Part shown: in pieces, positions 1 to 12,780 of the stretch
Layout: each line of letters begins with the position of its first letter
Numbering within the stretch: the first letter of the stretch is position 1
Source: Octopus vulgaris
Taxonomy: Eukaryota
Direction of reading: 5' to 3'
NCBI GenBank assembly: GCA_951406725.2
Contig: OX597816.1
Span: 27,776,001 to 27,840,000, forward strand
Length of the DNA: 64,000 nucleotides
Notes under the pieces: model-generated
Told to the model about the DNA's origin: nothing
The model's input: the letters and a program-made list of their open reading frames with translations, nothing else
The model's database searches: none
Position numbers and translations under genes: made by a program

Positions 1-470
1 GTATTCGCAGCTCATTTACATGAATACAGAAAACGTTAATGTTTTTATTTAATAGAAATAATAGCGTTTTTCTAAGGACCTTCTGTATCAATTCACTGCA
101 ACCGCATATCGACTATTTGCAGGATCTGTAGATTAATGTGCAGCGGGATTTATATCACTCAAAAAACAACAGCAACACGCAAAAATTTATCCCCCAAAGT
201 CTACAAATATACATTAATATGTGTTTGAAGTTTGAAATTCTCCTCATTTATATAAAATTTTCCACATTTAAAAATAATTGTTCTCATTTAAATATCAATT
301 TACTCATTTAAATATTAATCTATCTCGTGGTAGTTTAGACGTACAAGTTTATGCGACGATTGTATGAAGTTGAAAGTTAAATAACCATTCATACTATAAA
401 ACTTAATGAAAATATTTTCTGAGCTTTGCATAGCTTTACATTATATAGATACACACATATCTACCTTCAC

Positions 471-545
<75 letters not shown>
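471..545. repeat. (ATCT)n microsatellite
   Basis: Perfect tetranucleotide run; further runs at 964-1104, 11590-11705, 25891-25990 and 32160-32250. Confidence 0.95.
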
Positions 546-547
<2 letters not shown>

Positions 548-552
548 ATTTT

Positions 553-961
553 TTTATTGCCCACAAGGGGCTAAACATAGAGGGGACAAACAAGGACAGA
601 CGAAGGGATTAAGTCGATTACATCGACCCCAGTGCATAACTGGTTCTTAATTTATCGACTCCGAAAGGATGAAAAGCAAAGTTGACCGCGGCGAAATTTG
701 AACTCAGAACGTAGCGGCTGACAAAATACCTATTTCTTTACTACCCACAAGGGGCTAAACACAGAGGGGACAATCGAGGACAGACAAACGGATTAAGTCG
801 ATTATATCGACCCCAGTGCGTAACTAGTAATTATTTAATCGACCCCAAAAGGACGAAAGGCAAAGTCGACCTCGGCGGAATTTGAACTCAGAACGTAACG
901 GCAGACGAAATACGGCTACGCATTTCGCCCGGCGTGCTAATGTTTCTGCCAGCTCGCCGCC
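553..961 (-). mobile_element. tRNA-derived SINE family B: full copy (731-961) plus tandem 5'-truncated copy (553-730)
   Basis: Minus strand reads GGCGGCGAGCTGGCAGAAAC (A box)...GAGTTCAAATTCC (B box)...GTCGACTTTGCCTTTC...GGGGTCGAT...CCCCTTGTGGGTAGTAAAGAAATAGG. The same sequence recurs at 47038 and 51015. Confidence 0.9.
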
Positions 962-1083
<122 letters not shown>

Positions 1084-1539
1084 GCCTGTCTGTCTGCCTG
1101 TCTATCACCCTGACTGCCTGTGTGTTTGGCTATCATCTATCAATCTACGTACCAACGACGTATACATCGGTCTGTCTGTCTGTATACATCTGTCTTGCTA
1201 TCCAGTTATATGAACTATATGTCTGTATATCTATGAACTGTTATCTATCTTCCTACACATATACATATACTTACAATAGCACATACATACATACACATAG
1301 GCGCATACATTCATCACAAAGACTCAGCAGACACTCTCACGCACATACGCATGCTTATATACACACACACATATATTTATGAGGTTTGCTACAAGTGAAC
1401 CACTCAAATGTTTGACATTTACTGTGTAAATCATGAAGGCATCTGTTCGATAGGTCGAAACATTTCTCTGTTCTCTGATTCTCAACCTCTTCGTTTGCTA
1501 TCTAGTTTCGCCATTTACTTAGCTTTGGACACATACACT

Positions 1540-1625
1540 TATACATACATACACTTATACATACATACATGCATACATACATACATACATACATAGATAC
1601 ATACATACATACATAGATACATACA

Positions 1626-1659
<34 letters not shown>

Positions 1660-1876
1660 CATACATGCATACATACGTACAACACACACATACATACAAA
1701 CACATATGCAACCATACATATAGAGTGTCCGTCAGCATAGAACTGTGTGCACATATATACATTTATGCATGTATATATATATATACATATATATGTGTGT
1801 GTGTGTGTATACATATACATATAAATATATATATACATACATACAGTCATACATATGTACATACATACAGACATGC

Positions 1877-1936
<60 letters not shown>
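1540..1936. repeat. Compound (CATA)n/(TA)n/(TG)n microsatellite
   Basis: Direct reading. Confidence 0.9.
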
Positions 1937-1938
<2 letters not shown>

Positions 1939-2090
1939 TGTGTATAAAAATTATACACGAAAGAAAAATCCACTAAGTTTCTTTCCAGCACGCTAGAAAT
2001 AGGAGTTAAATCTCAAACAACGAAAAAACTAATTCTTATTTTAGCACGTTGGCCACTGGTAAAAGAAGTTAATATTTAATTTTTACTCTG

Positions 2091-2141
<51 letters not shown>

Positions 2142-2342
2142 ACAGTATCACGACCTTATTTCAGGGTATGTCCCAAGTCGTCTGTCTGCTGATCACGTTC
2201 ACCACTTTGTGGCTACCAGTCATCATCAGCGATACTTAGCAAACATCGTTGTAATAATTCCAGGAATTTGCAGGATGGACGTTTGGTATATATTAAAGAT
2301 AAAAAAGAGAAGACGGAATGTACCAATAAAAACTTTATATTA

Positions 2343-2447
2343 CCACAACAATTGTTTCATTCTCAAGACGCACAGCTCCCTTGTGGGCTTGGAAGGTAGC
2401 AACAACACAACAAGCAACTCACATTGCATAGGTGACTCTTCAGGTGG
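2343..2447 (-). ncRNA. Type I hammerhead ribozyme candidate (PLE-type, long stem II loop)
   Basis: Minus strand: CCAC-CTGAAGA-GT...AT-GAAAC-AATT-GTT-GTGG. Stem I is CCAC/GTGG, stem III is the palindrome ACAATTGT, stem II is weak. Confidence 0.55.
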
Positions 2448-2839
2448 GATAATATACTTTAAACTGAGAGGTTTACATTTGAGTTTCGTTCAATTGACAG
2501 ATATTCACAGTTAGATAGACGAACAAACAGAAGCGCACATTCTTACGTTAAATCAATGCAGAGACATACAGACGCACACATTGGTAATTATACTCGTGGG
2601 CACACGCCAGCACACACCACATGTATGTCAGTCAGTCACACACACACACACGGCTATACACACATACAGAAACACACATACACACACGGATATATCTCCC
2701 AGGGCACAAAGATTCACCCACCCAGACACATCTAGAGAGCACATCAACACTATCACCATGGAGCACACTCACTCACGTTCGCACACAGTTACACCCACAG
2801 GCACACTCACACCCTCACGTAATGCTTACTGACGCCCTC

Positions 2840-3275
2840 CAACAAATATGTACGCCTTCAGGAATAAATTTAATTGCCCATTGTATAACCTTTGAACGAC
2901 TCGTAACATCGTCTATAAGTGCACTGTGCACACAAGAGGAGGCCTTGGTGCACGTTGGTGCCACGACTGATTCTTTCAAGAATCGATATAGAAATCATGT
3001 TCCGGGTTATAAAAAACTGAACATCAGAAACGTGACATCACTGGCGGATTTGCTATGGCAACTGAAAAACGACAAGATTAAATATGAGATTTCATGGTCA
3101 ATTATAAAATATGCAAAACCCTACAACACACATTCTAGGACCTGTGGATTGTGCTCTGAAGAATCTCTGTTACTCTTCATTACTAAAGAAAAAGTTCATT
3201 ATCAAATTAACTGAACGGATTATACGTTGCTTACATGCCATGGAAGCCACCTTCAAATATTACAACCCTGTAAAC
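2840..3275 (+). pseudogene. Penelope-like retroelement GIY-YIG endonuclease fragment
   Basis: VGATTDSFKNRYRNH...TSLADLLWQLK...ISWSIIKYAKPY...CGLCSEE..., then after a frameshift ERIIRCLH. This matches the PLE GIY-YIG C-terminal pattern (YIG.T..FK.R..NH, C.LC..E, C.H). Confidence 0.85.
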
Positions 3276-3484
3276 ACAACACAGAACTGCCATAATCCAT
3301 ATTGAACAGTGAAAACCATGTTATCATTCTATATATTGCTACGTGTCCATATACAGGTGTATGGACTTTTGCCCATGTGCTGTTTATTGTTCTCTGCATG
3401 CATGTGTGTCTGAGTAGTCTTGCGAGTGTTTGCATGTAAGTTCAGAGTTGACGTGTTTCTAGATGCCTGTATGTGTATATAAGT

Positions 3485-3795
3485 TTTTTTGTTGCTTGTT
3501 CCTTCTCGAGCCATGCCGGGCTCGTAAGAGCCGGTTTCCCGGTTTCTTGGCGTATAGGTTCCCCACTTGGACGGGACGCCGGTCCATCGCAGGTGAGCTG
3601 CAAGATGCAGGAGGAAAGAGTGAGAGAAAGTTGTGGCGAAAGAGTCAACAGAAGTTTCGCCATTACCTTCTGCCGGAGCCGCGTGGAGCTTAGGTGTTTC
3701 GCTCATAAACACACACATCGTCCAGTCTGAGATTCGAACCCGTGATCCCTCGACCGCGAGTCCGCTGCTCTAACCACTAGGCCATGTGCCTCCAC
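3485..3795 (-). mobile_element. tRNA-derived SINE family C (octopus OR-type), full length
   Basis: Head GTGGAGGCACATGGCCTAGTGGTTAGAGC...GGTTCGAATC. 14-bp TSD ATGTGTATATAAGT at 3471-3484 and 3796-3809. Near-identical copy at 25144-25440. Confidence 0.92.
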
Positions 3796-4085
3796 ATGTG
3801 TATATAAGTGCTGAGTGGAAGTCTCTGGTGTGTACTAATGTGTACATGAATATATCTGTGTACGAACGTGTGTGTGCATAATTGTGTGAGTGATTAAGTG
3901 TACTTGCTTGCAGACATGCGAGATTGTGGGTGTCAACGTACGTTTGGATGTTCATGTCTTCAGGTGTGGATATGATGGGGCGCGTGGATGTGTGTGTATG
4001 TGGGGGGAGTCTGTGAGCATTGCGTGAGGGTGTAAGTGTGCTTGTGTGAGTATGTCTGTGGGTGTACCTGTGTGCGTGCGTGTGT

Positions 4086-4580
4086 GGTGAAAAACATTGG
4101 GAAAACCTCCCGTCAAAACGGAGAAATTCCAACTTATGTGAGCCAACTGATCCGAAACACTGTTTTTCATAAACTCCTCCTCCCCACCAACAAAGGAGAC
4201 ATGTTGCTGAGTAAATCTGACTTTTATGGGTAGATAAACTTAATTAACAGGTGTTAATTTTGCCTACAAATTTCTCAAATTTTCATTCACACCACAAGAC
4301 TCGTTTGAATGAACAGCACATGGAGACAAAATTTTGCCTACAAATTTCTTTGTAATCGTAATCTACACCGTTTGAAAGGTATTTGTATTGAATTTCATTT
4401 AAAAATACCTATTTTCCTGGATGTTACGAGCGGGAAAATGCTAGGTCCTGTGAATTTTCCGAAACTCCTCTCCCCAACCCCTCTTTACATACACTCAATC
4501 TACAGAATATAAGCGATTATTTGGTGAAAAGTTTCGTTAAAAGGTAGCCATCTTTCCGGAAGTTATGAAGTAAGAAATCG
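4086..4580. mobile_element. Unclassified interspersed repeat (probable non-autonomous DNA element)
   Basis: 4203-4255 is the reverse complement of 6787-6836; 4275-4323 recurs at 7643-7692; 4330-4570 resembles 34370-34620. Confidence 0.55.
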
Positions 4581-4611
4581 GTGGGGGTATTAAACTGTAG
4601 TTATGCCTTTT

Positions 4612-4717
4612 TCCATAAAAGTTAACGTTAACGGATTAACGTTAATTTCCCTTACATTTTCAAAGAGTTAAAGGATTAACGATAAACGAAGTTAACTTTT
4701 CGATTAACGGTGCCCAC

Positions 4718-4720
<3 letters not shown>
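4612..4720 (-). mobile_element. End of hAT-like MITE
   Basis: Terminus CAGGTGGGCACCGTTAATCG followed by reiterated GTTAAC/TTAACG subterminal motifs; a related motif cluster lies at 5897-5995. Confidence 0.45.
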
Positions 4721-4760
<40 letters not shown>

Positions 4761-4788
4761 TGTATGTATGTATGCATGTGTGTATATA

Positions 4789-4838
<50 letters not shown>

Positions 4839-4870
4839 AGAAAGTTGGTGTGTGAAAGCACGTGGTTGGA

Positions 4871-5330
4871 TATATAGAAAATAGTAAAAAGTGAAAAAAC
4901 TACAGAAGGTTTGTTTTATAAGGTTAAAGAATATATTTGAGTCATTATGTTGGAAGAATGTTATAAAATTTTTTCATACAGTGACATAGTTTTTGAAGAA
5001 ATTACCGGTTTCGTGTTAACTTTTCAAATTTCTCAAGTGTCTTTACCTACATCGTGTTATGTCTTCGTTATGAAGACATAAAAAAGTTCATAACGAAGAC
5101 ATAACACGATGTAGGTAACGATGTAGGTAACGAAGACATAACACGATGTAGGTTAAGACACTTGAGAAATTTGAAAAGTTAACACGAAACCGGTAATTTC
5201 TTCAAAAACTATGTTACTGTATGAAAAAATTTTATAACATTCTTTCAACATAATGACTCAAATATATTCTTTAACCTTATAAAACAAGCCTTCTGTAGTT
5301 TTTTCACTTTTTACTATTTTCTATATATAT
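4871..5330. repeat. ~200-bp-arm near-perfect inverted repeat (PLE-type inverted end)
   Basis: Arms about 4871-5072 and 5128-5330, with a rearranged centre and (TA)n nearby. Contains the HHR 3' half GAAAC-CG-GTA (5187-5195). Confidence 0.85.
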
Positions 5331-5332
5331 AT

Positions 5333-5539
5333 AATTTCAGCAAAACAATTAAGATTCAAATGAATATGGTACTTAACTTAGATGCACCAGAATTCTTTAT
5401 GGTATTAACCATAAAATTATGTGGGGTGATTATAACCAAGAAAAAAGCAACAAGAATGGATCGGTAGTTTAGTACAATTGTTTATAGTATGAAACAATTG
5501 TACTAAACTACCGATCCATTCTTGTTGCTTTTTTCTTGG

Positions 5540-5544
<5 letters not shown>
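5333..5544. repeat. PLE-like terminal fragment with perfect 53-bp-arm palindrome
   Basis: Arms 5431-5483 and 5492-5544. HHR 3' half GAAAC-AATT-GTA at 5491-5502. Homologous to 42328-42470. Confidence 0.85.
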
Positions 5545-5577
<33 letters not shown>

Positions 5578-7960
5578 ATAGAAATGGCAAAACAACAAAA
5601 GAATGAAAGACACCTCGATATTATGTAAATTGATGAATTTATCTGTAAATATATTATGTGACGATATTTCGGTAGCCATAGAGGCATTGGTATCGAGAAA
5701 ACCCAAGGTGGCAGGTAACACTATGTAAATGCTATGGAACGACCGTATTTAAACTCTCGGTTCGATAATGATACGAGTGAGGAGTCTAATGCGGGCCTTG
5801 TATGAGCATGTATATGTTAAATAAAATGAGACAACAAAGCCAAGGCTGTGAGGAATTTTCTGGATATTTATAAAGAGAAAGAAAGTCATTGATATTTTCG
5901 TTAGCAAGTTAACTTTTAAGCTAATTTGGAAAACCATTGTCGGACTAATTAACTTCCGTTACATTTAGCTTCCGTAAACTCAAGTCCGTTAACCCCAAAA
6001 TTTCATAAAAACCGGTAGGCGTTTAAAAGTTTCTATTGTTTTCAGATTGTCTTAGCATGTTTAATATTGTACGCGTCTTTCTTTCAACCCAATATAACGG
6101 CTCTTAATATAAATAACTTGTGGAACCGCGTTTGGCTCTGCCTGGATTTGAAACTAAATCCACCCGCTTGTTGTTTGCAAAGACAACGGGAAATTCCTTT
6201 GTCCCGTCATGAGGGAACAGTGATTAATGTTTCCACTTGATCCATGACCTCGGTGATGTGGATGTCGACAGCGAAAATACTGATTTCCATAAAGTAGAAA
6301 AAATAAATGGAACGAAAAAAGTTGGTATATATTTCGGTGTGAACGCAGATAGCAGTTACGTAGTAGCACAGCATGCTAGAAATAGCAGCCAAATCTTTCC
6401 TTTACTGAAACAAAAGGAGCCATTTACGCGTGACTTCGATGTTACATTCGTTGAAAGCATACAAAATAACCTGGAAGAGAAAAAAGACCAGCGAGAGAAA
6501 ACTCCCTTGGTAGGAAATTTTCGTTCCGGGAAAAAGTGGCTTGCGGTGGCTTTGGAGGTCAGATACGTTGAATACACCCGGAAAAAACTGGAAAAAATTA
6601 TTCCATACCGAAGTACGAAATATTTTTCGAAAGAATAAAATCATGTACCGATTAATTAATGTACCTCATCTTGAAAAGTGGTAAAATTTTTGTTGGGTGC
6701 CATCTGGGATAGTTCTAGTAACAAATCAAGCCGGTAAGATGCATTAAGAATTTCAATTTTAGTGTGTATCCATGTTATTGCTTTTACACCTGTTAATTAA
6801 ATTTATCTGCCCATAAAAGTCAGATTTACTCAGCAAGATCAACTAAAATTACGTAACTATAAACCACTGACAAAATTTCAAATCTATATGTAAAATTTTA
6901 CCAAGTTACAAGCAAATATTGTGGGCACCCCTCTTGAACCTGAATAATTCAAAATAACGTGAACAAATAAGAACTATATTTGATAGATTAATATGGACAC
7001 TAAAGATGTTTTAAGGTGTTTTTTTACACACACACACATAACACGGTCTCGCTCAGTTGGGACTAAAAGTGTGTTACTTTGATGTCATCCTTCCATTAAA
7101 TTTGTTTCGGGAGAAAAATTATTGAAAAATATCCATAGATGTGTGAGTGAGAAAGAACCGAGGAGCGATGTTTAGGATGTGCTAGAAATAACAGCTAGAT
7201 CTCCCTTAAATCCCGCATTTTCCTCTGAAATTATTAACAGTTTTTTAAAACCGAAAATGTTTCTCTAACGGGTTTTAAGTGCATATTTAAAAAAATGGCC
7301 CAATCTCTTCGGACTGGGGTGGTGAGGGGGTGGCGGGAGCGAAACTTATTTTCAGAATGTTTTTTTTTTATCATGAAAAGATGCATCCCATATTCATTAC
7401 TTACATTCTTATCTCTTCCTACCTCTCCCATACACATATCCCACCCCGTCATAATATCTTGACCACCATGACCCCTTTTTCACATTTTTCCCCTTTCTTT
7501 CACCCTTTTCTCCTCATTTTCTCTTGTTTTCCTTTTCTCTTCCTCTTTGTTTGTTTGTTTCTTTCTTTCTTCTTTTCTCACCTCATTTTAACATACACAT
7601 CTCTTCTCCCCTCTCTATCTACTTAATACTGTCACTACATTGTCAAATTTTCATTCACATCACAAGAACCCTTTGAATGAACAGCACATGGAATCTACGT
7701 CTTCACATTTTCCATTTGTAATGACAAAATATGAACTCCTCTTGGAATTTACATACCACGGACAAAAAGCGTTTCTACCACTTCTACACACCACTTTCCT
7801 TGGATAATGAAGCTGAAACTATAACCTCTTTATATATTTTTACTTTTATTTCTATATTCATTCTAATATTTCTCTATATGCTCCTCCTTTCCTTCCTTTT
7901 TTCCAAAATAACTCCTTATATTGAACTCTAATAATTCCCTCTATTTAACCATCTCACATC

Positions 7961-8008
7961 GTCTCTGATGAAGAGATATCCTTAATATCTTAGAAACAGC
8001 TGTAAGAC
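7961..8008 (+). ncRNA. Type I hammerhead ribozyme (PLE pseudo-LTR)
   Basis: GTCT-CTGATGA-A-GAGATAT-cctta-ATATCTT-A-GAAAC-AGCT-GTA-AGAC. Intact core, 7-bp stem II, palindromic stem III ACAGCTGT, 4-bp stem I. Confidence 0.8.
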
Positions 8009-8086
8009 TGACTTTCTCTTTATAAACGTCCTGAAAATTCCACTCAGCCTTGGCTTTGTTGTCTCATTTCATTTAACACACACACG

Positions 8087-8195
<109 letters not shown>

Positions 8196-8439
8196 ATATA
8201 TACATATATTCCTCTACGCACACATCTATATATATATGTATATCCATATATGCATGCACACTAATATTTATATTTGCACATGCATATGCATGTATCTATA
8301 TTGAGGTGGTGAACTGGCGTCTATTACAATGCTTTCCGATAGTTTCTAGGATCTGATTTTAAGTACGGTTGATAGATAAAGTACCCGTATGTAGATGTAT
8401 ATGCATATATATATATGTGTGTAGATGTATACGCATATA

Positions 8440-8800
8440 TATATTTGTACTGTTTTTTCTACTGTTTTTTCTTTATTTGTATTGCTTTTACGTCCTGTTC
8501 TTGTTACTTGTTTTACCCCTCTGCAAAAGAATTTTATTTAATTCCTTTGAAACAGGCATTGAGTCTAACCAGGGGCAGCTGATGAAGGGGAATTTCCCTT
8601 GTATTGTTTGTCCTGTACTCTGTTTTTTCGTTGTTAAAAAAGTCTGTTTCCTTGTTTGATTTTATGTTTTTGTTTCTCGTTGTGTTCTACGTTTATTTGT
8701 GGTGTCCTGTACTTATATATGCATGTATATATACATGTAGATGTAAGTATGTACATATATGTATGTATATATGCATATGTTTTATTTATTATATTGTTAT
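8440..8800 (+). mobile_element. PLE-like terminal repeat family P, carrying HHR core strands
   Basis: Homologous to the minus strand of 49620-50050 and to 31845-32130 and 50640-50695. Contains CCTTT-GAAAC (8544-8553) and CTGATGA-AGGGG (8579-8590). Confidence 0.7.
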
Positions 8801-8826
8801 TATATATATATATGATTAGATTTATA

Positions 8827-8871
<45 letters not shown>

Positions 8872-9336
8872 ACACACATACACATACACACACACAAGCA
8901 CGTACATATATACATGTATACATCTATGTGTATATATATAAGAAGTGATCTCGGCAAAAAGAAGTACAGGATATGCTTGAATTTAACTATTTCAATACTA
9001 GAACAAGTTGTTTTTTGTAATTTGATATGCGAACATAACTCCAACACCTGAAGCTATGTTTAAGTGGGCGAAACTACCAGTTAGAGTGTAATAGTGTAAT
9101 TATGTATGTAGATATCTATGTATGTATGCATTTGAGAAGATGAAATAAAACTATCCAGAACCGTATTTTTGAGTGCACACCACGAGAAGGAATAAGACAT
9201 ACGTGATGTGTTAACATTTATATCTATGGTGTTGTTATAAACAATTTATAAACATTGCAATACTGTAGTCTTTCAGCCGGAGCTATATTTAGTCTATTTG
9301 TCTGTTTATTGCGATGACCGCCTAACGTATGTGGAA

Positions 9337-9734
9337 CTAGCAGTATCGCCCGGCGTTGCTCGGGTTTGTAAGGGAAATAACTATATAAGCATTTTTAGAG
9401 ATGTAAAGTATAATAGCCATCTCAATATGGCTAACCACAAAGGGGAGGGGGTGTTACTGTAGCTTTTTACGTTCTAAGATTTAATAATAAATTTTTAGAG
9501 AGTTACTTCCCTTATATATGCCAAAAATGCATTAAAACGGGAAAAATTGATGGTAAATTGATGGTAAAATCGTAGACTCATCGTAGACGTGCGCTAATAC
9601 CCAGAAGGGCTCGATATGAATCACGACTGTAAGATACCCGGTTTTGGTTAAACTGCACCGCAAAATGTGGGAGTAGTTAGGAATCTAAATCGTAGGAGAC
9701 AGACAGCACACAACCTCTCTTTTATATATAAAGA
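9337..9734 (-). mobile_element. Non-autonomous Helitron
   Basis: Minus strand starts TCTTTATATATAAAAG and ends with the hairpin CCCGAGCAACGCCGGG then ...CTAG. Inserted between A and T with no TSD. Confidence 0.9.
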
Positions 9735-11410
9735 TATCTGAACTGTAGAGTTCATATGACTGAGGAATATGAAGTTTTTATTAAAAATCGAAACAACGTA
9801 TAAGACTGCTATAAAATAAGTGTGTATATACTTGCAAATATGTATCTGTAAATGTGTATGTATGTGCGAGTGTGCATGTGTATTTATATGTTTATGAATG
9901 TGTCTATATATGTAAATGCATTTCACAGGTGTGAAATTGTCTTTATGCCTGTATGATGATTTCTTTATAAAATGTTAAACTCTAGGTTTTTATTAAATTG
10001 CTATACTTTCTCATCTAAAACCATCATTGTTTCCTGCGAAAAATTCGTTGTATATTCTGTTTACATTGTTCCGTTGGTGCTGACATCATTAAGCGACTAT
10101 ATTTATTTCGATTATCTTTGAATCATTAGATGCTTACTGTTTTCCATTGAAACTAGTTTTAAGACTATTTATTCTGATATCTGTAAAAGTGGTTTTACTT
10201 CATTTCTTCTGTTGAACTGAAATATTTGCTATGTAATTATGATAAAATTATTACGCAAGAAATATGCCTATGCAGCAAATTAGAAGACAGGTAAACAGGT
10301 GATGTTCAAAATCAAATACAGGCAATTGTGAACATAAAATACGGATTACTTCAACTTAGAAAAAATAATATGTTGAGAGGAAGAATAATGTGATTTTTAA
10401 TAACTGACTAATATACCGCGAATGTAATCCCTGGAAACATATGAATCTCTCGCTTCCAATTTGGGAGCAAAATATAGAATCAAATATGTTCGTCGGAAAT
10501 GCTAGTCGGTTAGATATAACCAATTCATTTCCATGAAAGCACATCTTAACGTCTTAAATATAGAAGGTAAATAAACAGAGAAGCCAGAGTAGTTGATGGT
10601 GGCTTGTTTCGGTAAACATAATAGAATATATTTTGAGTTTGTATGATCTCATATGTCTAAGAGCAACTGACGTGTTAGTACTGTTCTTCCTAGAAGAATA
10701 ACAGAATGAACCAGCAATAAACAAAGAATGAGGCATTGGACAATGCAGTATTGATCTCAACAAAACTTCATTCGATCATATGTGTACTCGATCGAGGTTT
10801 ACCTGTGACTAAACTGTAATATAAACAACCAGCAACGGAACTGAACTTACGAAAATGCCAGCTAAAACACGGACTTCTTAAAATTTGCAGCAGTTTTGCA
10901 ATTAAATTTGGTGAAAGATATCAATTACTTAACGTGAACTAAAGAAAGCTTTCCAAATCAATAGATGACAATGTATTAGACAAGACATATCACAGCATCT
11001 ATGGACAGGATGTGACACTATTGAGAATTCAATATGGCTATAACATATACGTTGATAGGCTTGTGATGTGTCTGATTGCTTGCTGCTCGCATTTCTACAA
11101 TTCTAGATAGTAAGTCTGTAAGGAGTAATGTCTTTGATACCATTACAATCAAACATACATATAAACATACACACACATGTGCACACATACATATATGTAT
11201 GCATAGATACATATAGACATACACACATACATGCATACATGCATACAAGTTGAATCATATGCTTGCAATGTATACGAATACATGTCTGCCTACCTGCCAA
11301 TGTATGTATGTATGTATGTATGTATGTATGTATGTGCCTGTTTGTCTATCTATCTATCATCGGTATATCTGTCTATCTGTCTTTCTGTTTGCCTGTATGT
11401 CCGTCCGTCC

Positions 11411-11450
<40 letters not shown>

Positions 11451-11453
11451 CCT

Positions 11454-11516
<63 letters not shown>

Positions 11517-11605
11517 TGCTTGTCTGTCTATCTATCAGTCGGTGTATGTATGTATGAATGTATGTATCTATCCAACCATTCATCCATCCATCTATCATCT
11601 ATCTG

Positions 11606-11705
<100 letters not shown>

Positions 11706-11839
11706 ACGATTTACTTACCTACCTACCTAGCTTGCTGGCTATCGGTCTATCAATCATGTAATGAATGAATAAATGAATGAATGAATGAATCAACCAATCA
11801 AAGTACCACCAACTTTAGCTGTCATCTCCAAAATATAGG

Positions 11840-12430
11840 ACATTGCCAATCATAACCCGGTTACAATTCTCTGTTCTTTATTTTCAGTAACAATTTCCCT
11901 TCCTGATGTTTATTGCCTATAAACATCTCTCCTTCCTCTGCTTCTTTTCGCTTCAATCTTTCTCCAGATCCTCTTTCCTCATCACATGATCAAGAAATCT
12001 CAGTCGCTTGGCTCTTATTTCACGAAGCAGTTTCCTATTCACCGCGGCTCGGATCATCGTTTCTTCATTAGACATTCTGACTGTCCATGCGATCCTCATT
12101 ACACTCCTTAAGAGACACATTTCGCAGCTATCCAAGCACCTTCTCATTTTTGTTGTTATAAATTATGTCACACTTCCATACATTAAAACATAGTAGACGT
12201 AACAATTCAATATAGAAATTTTGGTCTTGAAGTTCAGAGTACAGAGATTGTAGATTTTGCCAGCAATATTCGTCTTTTGATCTCCTTCACATATCTTGAG
12301 TCTTCTGTGATTAAAGTCCCAAGGTAGATGGAAAACTAATACCTGATTATTGGGTTGATTGTTCACTTTCAGTATGCACTTTGCACTTTCCTTCTTTGTC
12401 TGCACCATACACTCTGTTTTCTTGCAATTT
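11840..12430 (-). pseudogene. RTE-clade LINE reverse transcriptase C-terminal fragment
   Basis: NCKKTECM...TKISILNCYVYYVLMYGS...EMCLLRSVMRIAWTVRMSNEE...KRLRFLDHVMRKEDLEK; frameshifted. Confidence 0.88.
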
Positions 12431-12447
12431 TTGAACAGATCCTTCCT

Positions 12448-12780
12448 ATCAATACCAATAATAATTGGAGCATTGGATTTGATAAAAAAATATATGAACA
12501 AAAACGTAGAAGCTATACCTGGATCCTCAATGCTACACACTATAAAGAAAATAGCCCGGCTAGAAACAGCCCATATCCTACGCAAGGCACTATCAATTCA
12601 ATAATACAACCTAAACAAAACAATCCACATTCTACACAGCAATTATCCAGTAAAATAAACTTCCACCAGCAAGCTTGAAACCAGCGCGTTACACACTCAA
12701 CACAAAATACACACAGTAATACCAAAAAAAAAAAAAGACGGCACCACACCTCAAGAGAAAAGAAAACTGACGCAAAACAA
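12448..12780 (+). pseudogene. R4/Dong-clade LINE 3' end (RLE C-terminus plus UTR)
   Basis: IPIIIGALDLIKK...IPG...IKKIARLETAHILRKALS matches the IPI.VGALG...LLGTAHILRK C-terminus. Confidence 0.8.

Noticed and set aside
2146-2236. Minus-strand CTGATGA...GAAAT-AAG-GTC with complementary flanks
   Set aside because: Stem I only forms by using the core C, and stem II does not pair; at best a decayed HHR.
6237-6638. 133-aa ORF
   Set aside because: No recognisable motif. It contains GCTAGAAATAGCAGCCAAATCT, a short dispersed repeat also seen near 7180, 34108 and 40285.
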